From Mantamonas sphyraenae STR306 (taxonomy: Eukaryota > Protista > CRuMs): a stretch of 64,000 nucleotides of DNA. This document shows positions 35,703-45,056 of this stretch, piece after piece. The position numbers and the translations under genes were made by a program. The notes beneath the pieces are model-generated. The model was not told the DNA's origin. It saw only the letters and a list, made by a program, of their open reading frames with translations, and made no database searches. Within the stretch, counting starts at the first letter, position 1. Each line of letters starts with the position of its first letter. The stretch spans positions 124,001 through 188,000 of the forward strand of contig JAPMXV010000044.1 of assembly GCA_026936335.1 (NCBI GenBank). Reading direction: 5' to 3'.

Positions 35703-36912
35703 ATGTCGTCATCGCAAAAGCAGTCGCAAGCCAGCGGGGGAGGGTTTGAGCTGTGGCTGGAAAAGGATAGGCGACAGCGAGAGCTGTGGTACCAGCTGAA
35801 CCAGGGGGTGAAAAAGGTGCGTGTTGATCACACATCGTGACCCAAGTACGTTTCCTGCGACTGACACAGGTTGCGAGTGCGCGTCGACTCTGCACATCAC
35901 AGATCAAGGGCACATTTAGTTTCCACCGACTGCAGGGGCTGAACCACCTGCTGAGTCTGCTTCTGCGCTTCTCCAAAGAGGAGCTGGCGTGCTTCCAGGA
36001 GCTGCAGAACAACGCAGGCAAGAACTGTAGGTTTTGCGCAGCGCAGGAGAAGGCGGCAATGCACGCAGGGAGAAGGGCCGGAGGAGGGTGGGGAGCGCCC
36101 GGTCGTTGTTTGTCAATGTGTTGTGGAGGATGAGATATTGACACTGCGTGACGGCCTGGGGGCTGCGTTTTCCAGTGGCGAGGCTGTTGCTGAACTACAT
36201 TCTGGCACCCGTGTCTCCGCCGACACTGAGCCAGATTTCAGACGACGAGGTGGTGGTTGCGCTGGACGTGCTGCAAGGTGGGTGTATTGTGTTGGCCTTT
36301 CGGTTACTTTCGTTGTGTGTATGCGTCCAAGTCCACTGTGGGAGTGTGTGGACGGGGGGCGTTGCAAGGAAAAGGCCCTCTCAGCCTTGTCGTGGCGCAC
36401 GGGACGGGCGCGAGGGCGTGTGGATGTGCGTTGTGGCTGACACGTACAGCACAGGTGTGTTGTTGATGCACAACGCAAGCAAAAAGGTGCTGCGGACAAG
36501 CAATGGCCTGGAGGTGTTGCTGGAGTTTGTGAAGCATCCGCGAGAACAGGTGCAGAGCTCTGCGCTGGATGCTCTGCTGACAGGCATGCTGGACAGTGCG
36601 GCCAACCAGGAACTGTTTGAGGAGCTGAACGGCTTTGTGGTGCTCGGCTCACTGCTGATGGACCGAGGCGCCGTGACTGAGATCCGGGCCAAGTGTGCCG
36701 AGGCTTTGTGTCTGCTCGTGGCGTACATGGACGAGACGGCGGCGGACGAGGGGGTGGCGGATTACTCGGAGGCGGAGCGGGTGGACAGCAACAAGAAAGC
36801 GCTGGTGGAAGTGCTGGGCCAGCAGACAGTGGACGAACTGATAGCCGGCGTGGAACCGGCTAACGGCGAGGAAACGGCCTTCAAGTTTGTGTCGTGGCTG
36901 GACGGCAGGTGA
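35703..36912 (+). CDS. Armadillo-like protein of the fission-yeast SIN Cdc14 / plant ISI1 family, 4 exons
   Basis: Exons 35703-35816, 35903-36026, 36176-36277, 36455-36912; FSFHRLQGL, ALDVLQGVLLMH, ALDALLTGMLDSAANQELFEELNG, IRAKCAEAL. Confidence 0.75.
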
Positions 36913-37000
36913 GGGCAGCTGGCGGGGCCAAGCTGTTGCTCATGCAAGGAAATGTGGATCGGCAGTTCATGCATAATACAGATACATTCGTGTGGGTTGC

Positions 37001-37258
37001 TCAGCCAAGAAGCGGGACGCGGTTGGCCTTGCCCTCCTTGTGGTCGGCCACGACCTTTTCCAGATTGTCCTGGGTGAACCACTGTGCAATGTAGGCCTCG
37101 GGGTCACTGGGTTTGTCCGCAAGAATGGCCGAGTAGAGCGCGTCCATGATGTGTTCGAGCTCGGGGTGCTTGCGCAAGTAGCGCTCGTTTTCGATGCGCA
37201 GCGCGACTCGCTCCTTCTTCAGCTCGCTGATCTCAAAGTCTGTGAGCACATCGGTCAT
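37001..37258 (-). CDS. RIIAD1: RIIa dimerisation/docking-domain protein
   Basis: RVALRIENERYLRKHPEL..AILADKPSDPEAYIAQWFT, 85 aa. Confidence 0.85.
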   Translation of the reverse strand: MTDVLTDFEISELKKERVALRIENERYLRKHPELEHIMDALYSAILADKPSDPEAYIAQWFTQDNLEKVVADHKEGKANRVPLLG

Positions 37259-37378
37259 AGCAGCCGTTGTTGTGCGAGGGTTGATGATGGTGACAGGTGT
37301 GCACGTGTGCGAGTGGGTGCTTGTTGGGTTGGATGGCCAAGGGCGGCGGGCCAAACAAAGCGAACGCCGGGGCCATCA

Positions 37379-38662
37379 ATGTCCAGCAGCAACGTGTTTG
37401 GCACGGGCTATGAGCGCAACATGAAGCACTTTGTGCAGTACGCAACTCGGTACGACCCAAAGCCGCTGCCAGAGTCGACGGCGACGCTGGCGTACGGCGT
37501 GGAGCGGTTCCACAAGATTCAAACGACGCTGGCGGACAGTAGCCAGAGCACACAGTACCTTCTGGACACACAAGGATTGCTATTGGACCTGTTGCACAAG
37601 AGGGAGCAGATTGTACAGGCCATACAAGCCGGTAAGTGGGCACAGCAGGCGAGGGCCGAATCAACGGTCGGCTGACACGAGGCGCACAGGGCTAGTGAGC
37701 ACACTGCTGAACCTGGTGGACCACAAGAATGCAAACATCCGTCGCAACTGCGTACAGGCCTTTGCAAAGATGGCTGAAATCAGCGCAGGAAGAAAGGCAC
37801 TGGAGGAGGACGGGGTCATTTCGGCGATGGTGAAAACGGTAGGTTGGTCAGAGGCGCCAAGACGAGGCCTGGGTGCATCGGAAAGCGATGACAGCTCGCA
37901 GCAAAACAACGCAAACTCACACATGTGCAGATTGAGGACCAGAATGTGCTTGTGCGCAGTCATGTGTGCGCTCTGCTGCGCGACTTGACCGCGTCTCGCG
38001 AAGGAGCTCGCGCTGTGCTTGCAGAGGACTTTATGCGCATTGTGTGTGTGAAACTGCAGTCTGAATGTGCTGTGGCGTGCCAGAATCTGCTGGAGGCAGC
38101 GAGGAACATGCTGTGTGTGCAGGAAGGGGTGGACGACGCGTTGGCAGAAGGTCTGCTGGATCACCTGACGCTATTTATCAACACAAGCAGCGAACATGAG
38201 ATTCGAGTGACATCAGCCAAGTGCGTGGCGTTGCTGAGCGGAGACGAGGTGGGCAAACACGAAGCTGTGGTGTCTGGCGTGATGGAAGGGCTCGTGGACC
38301 TGTTGCGCAACAAGGACTACGAGGCCAAGGTGGCGGCGACAGCGGCGTTGATGAGCATGACAATCCACAGAGAGGGCAAGGAGATGGCCATCGAGAGCAA
38401 CATCACGCCGTACCTTGTGTTTCTGCTGAACCGGTGCAACGTGGAGGAGGAAGAACTGAGCACCAATGTGCTGCAGCTGACAGTGAATCTGGCCGAGGAT
38501 CCTACGGGCAAGCTGATCCTGAGGGGCACGTTGTCACCCATCAAGGACATGCTTGAGGAATGGACGCAGACACAGGGCGACGGATTTGACGAGGTGCGCG
38601 CGTCGTTGGCCAAACGCGCCTCGATGGCCATCAAACTGCTGACCAAGACACGGGGAGAGTGA
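37379..38662 (+). CDS. RSPH14: Radial spoke head 14 homologue (armadillo repeats), 3 exons
   Basis: Exons 37379-37631, 37690-37838, 37931-38662; TLAYG..FHKI, ARM repeats, AALMSMTIHREGK, NLAEDPTGK. Confidence 0.8.
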
Positions 38663-38757
38663 CGAGCGATGGGTGGGCGGGAGATGGAGCTGAAATGGAA
38701 CCCCTTGAAAGTATGCGTGTGTGTGTGTGCGCCGTCGATGGCAGCCAATTGTTTTCG

Positions 38758-39838
38758 ATGGACGTGGAGACCGAGACAGCGAGGAAGAGCAGTCGCACGT
38801 CGCGGAAACGCAAGGCAGAGTACGAAGAAGAGGTGGAGGCGGATGTGGTGGACGAAGTGGACCTACAGGTGGGGGAGCGGGTGGTGACGGATCTTCGGGG
38901 CAACCGCATGGGTCAGGACAATGTACAGAACAACGGCAAAGGGAAACATGCCGGCAACGAGGATGCAGACAACGACGATGAAGAGGAGGATGAGGAGGAT
39001 GAGGATGAGGATGAGGAGGAAGAGGAGGACGACGGGCGGTAGGTTGCAGCGGAAGGCGCGCTTTGCAGAGACCGGGAAATGGAGCTGACACGCAGTGGGA
39101 TTGAAACAAATGGGCGGGGCGTGCATGGGTGCGTGCCCGGGTTACACACTCACATCTGGGATTGGGCTCATGACAGACCGGTGTTTAAGTTTCGCAACTA
39201 CGAGCCGCGAAACGAGGACGCGATTCGGTTTGAGCTGATTCCTCCACCGACTCAGCCGGATCTGCTCGTGGACCCATCGTTGGAGAAAACCCTGCACGCA
39301 GCACCAGGAGAAACCAAGTTTACGAGCTTTGTGGCTGCCAATGAGAGCAGCAAAACGGGCGCCGAGCTGCTTGAAGAGGCCGAGGTAGGGCGCGGGCATG
39401 TGGTGACGTGTTGAGAGACGGGTGCAGGGAGGGACAGGCGGGATGATGGGTTGCGCTGACACCAATGGTGCCTATGTTTTGTACACCGTTCGCAACACGC
39501 GTGCACACACAACTGACCACACTGAAACGCACGCACAGGGGGACAGCCTGCTGGATCTTGCGCCCAAGAAGGCAAACTGGGACCTGAAGCGGGATGTGGC
39601 GAAGAAGATGGACGTGCTGGAGAAAAGGACAAAGCGGGCCATGGTGGAGCTTCTGCGCATGAAGCTGGCAGACGAGGCAAGCAGCGACGAGGACGACAGC
39701 AGCGACGATGAGGAGAGCGACGAGGAGGAGGAAGAGGTTGAGGCCAGCCAGCAGGCAGTCGAGTCTGGCAACGCACTGGCACGGGCAGTCATGGCACGGG
39801 AGCTGGGAGACGAAGGAAATGAAGAGGATCTGGTTTGA
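38758..39838 (+). CDS. CCDC12: Cwf18/CCDC12 splicing factor, 3 exons
   Basis: Exons 38758-39038, 39177-39384, 39539-39838; KFRNYEP and LAPKKANWDLKRDVAKKMDVLEKRTKRAMVEL. Confidence 0.9.
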
Positions 39839-39884
39839 TGGATGATGAAGCCCGCGATGTCGCAGCCACCTTTTCAATTTTCAG

Positions 39885-41283
39885 ATGGTGCGTGAGAGCG
39901 ACAGGGACGCGTGTGCTTGCCAGTGACACACTAACATATACAGGTGGCGGGTGCCTATGTGTGTGGGGGCTTGTGTGTGTGTGTGGGGGGGGGCAGTCGA
40001 CGCGGTGGGACAGTGCAGAGGCTGCGTTGCAAGCGGCACAGGCCCAGGCGCAGCTTGTGGCGGCGGCTGCGGCGGGAAACACGGGCGACGGAGGAGGAAA
40101 CGGGATGAAGCTGACAGGGACTGGCGGCGGAGAGGATCTACTGATGGACACGGTGGACTTGAACGCAGCCACACCAGCAGCACGCACGTTGCTGACGCGC
40201 TCGGCGACGCACAAGCAAATCGGCAATCGCACGGGAGCCATCATCACGTCACGGGGAGTGTACCAGGCGCCCGGAACGGTGCTGCCCGAAGGCGAACAGC
40301 CTCTCCATCTGCTCATCGAGGCCATTGACGTGCCAACTATGCAGGCGGCCAAGAGAACCATCGACGAAATGATGCGTGACGCAGATGCGGAAGAACGGTC
40401 GTCGAGCGGCTTTGGAGGCGGCTTTGGCGGGGGTGGGGGAGGCTTTGGAGGGCCTGCTGGAGGACGAGGTGGACCCATGGGCTCAAGTGGTGGCGGGGAA
40501 AACAGACAGATTCCCATCGACGTGCCTGCACATCAGGTGGGTTCCATCCGCGGCAGGCTGATTGGGCGAGGCGGCGAGAACCTGAAGTACATTGAACGGC
40601 AGGCAGGGGCACGCGTAAACCTGCGAGGAGGCAAGGGGGAACCCTTGTACATGAACGTGTCGTCCGGCTCGCAGCAGGGCCTGGAGTACGCAAGCTTCCT
40701 GGTGAAGAGCCTGATCGAAACCACCCTGGACATCCAGCGAGAGGAGGACGAGCGCTTCCAAATGATCCAGCAGCAACAGCAGCAGCAGCAGCAACAGGCA
40801 GCACTGGCCGCCCAACAACAGATGTTTGGGTACAACAGCCAGATGGAGCAGCCTGGGTTTGGCAACGTAGCATACATGCCATACCCCGGTGCACAGGGCA
40901 TGCAACAGCCGCCGCCGCCGCAGCAACAGTATCAGCAGCAGCAGCAACCGAATGAGCAGCAGGACCCTCTGGCTCAGGGAGTGGCTCAGGAACAAGGGAC
41001 GGTGCAGCCGCAGGACTTTCAGTTCCAGTACGGCCAGCCTCGTGGGCCGCCTCAGCCCCAGCAGGGGATGTTCAATCCTGGTGATGGGATGCAAGGGATG
41101 CAGGCAGGACAGAAGCGGGAGCGAGACGACGAGGGAGAGGAAGACGGCCACGGTGTGCAGCAAGACGAGAAGCGGGCGCGCGTATCATCGTCCCTCACCG
41201 ACGAGGAGAAGCTCAGTCAGCAGCAGTTGGCAGAGAAGAAGATGGCCGAGGTGATGGCCATGATGGGTGGAGGCAGTGGGTGA
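39885..41283 (+). CDS. KH-domain RNA-binding protein (KHDC4/BLOM7-like) with a Q-rich tail
   Basis: ATG 39885-39887, intron 39888-39996, then STRWD; VDLN..ARTLLTRSATHKQI..GAIITSRGVY..PLHLLIEA; second KH IRGRLIGRGGENLKYIERQAGARVNLRG. Confidence 0.8.
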
Positions 41284-41330
41284 GTGATCATCGCACTCGC
41301 GCCATGCAAGGCAACAAAAACCTTTTCGTC

Positions 41331-42072
41331 ATGTTTGTTCGGCGTGCTCGTGTCGGCGTGTCGTTGGTCCAGCACGGATCGAGGTCGGCCAAAGCAGTGG
41401 CACTCCGTGTCCATGGTGCCTGTGCGCCGTCAGTGCAGAGCCAACTGCCTCGTGCGGTCCTTGGGGCCTGCAGCAACACCGTTGATCAACGCTCCGCAGT
41501 CCCTTTGAGTTGTTTTGCTTCCCCCCAGCCGGGACGCACCTTTCACGGCGTCGTGCATCGTGTACAGAGCATGGCAGACACAGGCTACGTGCCTGCGGAC
41601 CAGTAGGTTGGGCGAGACGGTCGAACGAGAGACAATACTTTCCGCCCGCCGCCTAGATTCGGCTCCGGCCTGCTCACGCACCACCACAACCCGTGCACGC
41701 AGCCCAATGGCAGACGAAACTCACTTTAAGCGTGTCACGGGTGACCTTTTGGAAGCATATGCCGACCTGATTGAAGAGGCAGGCGAGGGAACGCTGCCAG
41801 GGTTTGACATTGAGTACACATACGGCGTGCTGACCATCACTGTGAGCCCTGGAAACACGTATGTAATCAACCAGCAGACACCCAACCGCCAGTTGTGGTG
41901 GAGCTCCCCCGTTTCGGGCCCCAAGCGCTTCGAGTTTGCGCCAGACTCGGGCCAGTGGGTTTCGACACGCGACAAGACGCCGCTTCACGAGATTCTGCAG
42001 CAAGAGCTCAACGATGTGCTTCCTGAGGATATGCACGTGGAGTTGCCTCATCCAGATGAGGTGGATTTGTGA
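41331..42072 (+). CDS. FXN: Frataxin with a probable mitochondrial presequence exon
   Basis: Core GVLTI..GNTYVINQQTPNRQLWWSSPVSGPKRF; Arg/Ser-rich first exon (ATG 41331 or 41304) joins in frame via intron 41603-41702. Confidence 0.88.
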
Positions 42073-42114
42073 CGAGCAGGGGGAGGGGGGGGAAAGTTTG
42101 GGAGAAACCTGCGA

Positions 42115-43202
42115 TCATCCTCGATTCAACGCCTTTGTCAACACTCCTTCCTTCACCTTGGACTGCACGTATTCCAGCAGGCGGTTGCTGCCACAAAAAA
42201 CCCATCCTTGACCTCCCGCGTCGTGCATGGCCAGCACACGGTGCTGCACCTGGCCCGAGTTGTCCCGAAACGTCACCACAAACTGTCCCGGATGCCGCAC
42301 GGGCGACGTACGAATAAGAAAGGCGCCTGCTGGCTGGTGATTGAATAGCGGGGCAACTTCTCCGCTGCCCTTGGCCCCGTGAAACCACGGCGTGTCCACG
42401 ACCTCTTCCGCCTCCCGAAAGATGTTTCCGTCCTCTAGTTTCACAAACAGCGACACAAAGGCCATCCACCTCATCACCGTCACTGCATCTTGCTTTAGCA
42501 TCCAGCCGTCCTTGCTCATGGTTGTCACCTCGCTCACGCTCTCGTCCACTAGGAACTCCTTGCACTTCAGCACTGTTTCCACCGGGACATCCATCGTCGT
42601 GCAGACGCTGGCCACAAAGTAGCACCATGGAACGATCACCATGGCCATCCCGTCGTCCTGTGCGGTAGGCAACACACGCAGAGAGAAACAGTGAATGTGT
42701 GTGAGTGGGTTGTCTCTCTGTGAGATTGTGTGTTCGAGCCGCCTGCTCATCTGCATCCCACGTGTGGACATCGCGCATCCCAACTTCATCCAAATCGACT
42801 TACCCGTCCATAGGCAAACTCGGAGCACCAGAACTCCGATGCCTCTTGGTCGACGGTCTTGACCTGTTCCGCTGAACACAACGCCCCCGACGGTTGCGAC
42901 ATCGCCTGCCAGTCACTCTTGTACTTTGCCAGCATGTCCATGTGAGACACTGACCACTCCTCCTCTTTCTCTGTCCACTTGTCATCCTCCTCCGCCTTGC
43001 AAAGGTCCTCATCCCCCAGCCGCTTGCTGTATGCCAACGACCTCCAGTCGGCGGTGTTGCTGAAATGGTGCTCCAGGAAGCCGTACAGAGACGAAAACAG
43101 CTGGTTGGACATCTCCAGCTTCAGCTGCGATGACGACATATCCTCATTCCACAGATTCTCCATTTTCACAATCAGCTGCGGTGGTGCCATGGATGATTTC
43201 AT
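42115..43202 (-). CDS. SH2 protein B: Cbl/SHK-like EF-hand-like segment plus SH2; may be the 3' half of one gene with the next feature
   Basis: Exons 43202-42804 and 42657-42115; ASEFWCSEF..VPWCYF..VTVMRWMAFVSLF then PWFHG..PAGAFLIRTS..PGQFVVTF..VQHRVL. Confidence 0.75.
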
Positions 43203-43213
43203 ACACACGAGTG

Positions 43214-44253
43214 TCAGCCAAGATCGCAATTGACTACCAACGTTTCGTTTGCGTCGGCCACGACGTGCCGGTGGCCACTCACATTCCCTTGGCTCGGGTG
43301 TTTCTGGCAAAACACAAACGAGCCCAACCCAGAGTTTGCGCTCAGACGCACCAGCCACGTGTTGGAGGGCTGCGTTGCCAATGTATGTGTCATCCACTCA
43401 CGGCTGTGGTAGATGTGGTGAAACCAGGGTTCACCCAGGAGCTGTGTGGCCTGCCCTCGTGCCGTGGCGAGCGTGTGTGGTCGTCTCTGTGTCAGCCTCG
43501 TTCCCTCTCTCCGCCTCTGCACGTCCCACGAGGCCTCTCCCACTCCAGAAACTCCGCCGAATCGACAGTCAAACCTACATGCTGCAACGACTGTACATGG
43601 AGAATGGAGCCAAACAGGTGAATAAAGGCGTTGAGCGTGGCCAAAGAGACGACACGCGTGCCCGACCTCTGCAGCACCTGTTTGTCCAACAGATGCAAGG
43701 AGCACACACCCAGATCAACCTTGTCCATGGAAGAGCCGTGCAGCATTTCAACCTGGTTGACAAACATGCGCCAGGGCACACAGCGCAGGAAGCGTGTGTC
43801 GTCCACGGCAAAGTTGTTCATCCACCACGCACTCATGGGTGCGTTCATCACGTGCTTTTCCACCTCTTCCTGCAAGCACACGTTGTGACAGCCAAGCATG
43901 TACATGGACCGCGACGGCAAGAGCTCATTCACCACCGCTTGCACTACGGGCAGGTTGTTGACGTCCACCTGCTCGCTCGAGTCCAGTCCAGCAGATGTCC
44001 AGATGCTATCGATGCTTGCATCGTCATCCAGATTCACCCACGAATCACTTTCGGATGATGGTGACGAAGAAGACGAAGAGGAGGCCATTGCGCTGCTCTG
44101 AACACGGAGTTGCGTCACCTGCGGCTTCTTGCGCTGGGGGAACCGCTCCATGCTCAACTCCTCGCAGCGTCGCATCAAGTCGGCGATACTGGACGTCCTT
44201 TTCTCCCCCACATACAGGTAAAGGTCGCCCTGGATGTCCAGCACCAGCGCCAT
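43214..44253 (-). CDS. SH2 protein A: same EF-hand-like plus SH2 module
   Basis: Exons 44253-43579 and 43450-43214; AWWMNNF..VPWRMF..VSLATLNAFIHLFG then EPWFH..PSNTWLVRLS..GSFVF. Confidence 0.7.
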
Positions 44254-44335
44254 GGATGAGAACCAGAGCGGGTTTGGTTGGTGTTGGATGCGGTGTTGTT
44301 CAGCCTCCCAACAAGCATGTACATGTCCATTCCCT

Positions 44336-44981
44336 TCAATCCTCCTCATCCTCTTCTCCAAAGACCTTCAAGCGGTACACCGTGATGCGTCCGTGGAAAT
44401 CGGTGCTCTCCTTGAAAACCAGCAGCAACTGCGACATCGGAGCATCGGTCTCGGGCACATCAAACGTCTGCCATCCGTTTTGGTCGCGAGGATAGAACGA
44501 TCCAAGTGATTCGATGTGTTCCGAGTCGTCGAGGGCCTCCAGTGCCTTCCAAACGCTTGGGTACTCGCTGGCGCCGGACTGATCTCCACCTGTGTTCAGC
44601 ACAGAGGCCTCCAGCGTGCACTCCTTGCCCACAAAACCACCCTGGAAGTTGATTTGCAACTGTTTCACCGCAAAGTAAGACTCTAGCTGAATAAACACCC
44701 ACTGTGGCGAGCCCTGGTCGCTGTTCCAGCACGTCGCTAGGTCGTCGTCCAGCATATTGTTGCACCCGTACTGCTTCACGTCGCGGTTCAACGTCGAGCT
44801 CACACTTTCCAAAGCCAGTTCCACCACACACGTGTTCCCACGGATGCGTGTCCGTGTCAGCTTCGCTGCGTGTCCCCGAGAGGTTTGCGCGGCCGGAAAA
44901 CACCTACCGCAGCGTCACACCGAGTTCCTGCTCCTGCTCCTGCCCCTGTTCATCTTCCTTGCCTTTGTGTGACGTCGACAT
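44336..44981 (-). CDS. NR2C2AP: Nuclear receptor 2C2-associated protein homologue (galactose-binding-like fold), 2 exons
   Basis: Intron 44907-44805 with AAG acceptor gives RVSSTLNRDVKQYG..TCWNSDQGSPQW..FQGGFVG..STDFHGRITVYRL. Confidence 0.88.
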
Positions 44982-45056
44982 TATGTTGGGTACTGCAGAA
45001 GGGACTGGATGCGCAAGCGCACGCACACTTTCCCAACACCACTTCCACGGCCGACC

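Noticed and set aside
37259-37378. Possible RFX X-box in the RIIAD1/RSPH14 promoter (GTTGATGATGGTGAC)
   Set aside because: Only one half-site fits the consensus.
39836-39840. Apparent TGATG stop/start overlap between CCDC12 and the KH gene
   Set aside because: From ATG 39838 the frame reads through intron-like GT-rich sequence, and the clear GTGCGT donor would put it out of frame; ATG 39885 plus intron gives a cleaner MSTRWD start. Not fully excluded.
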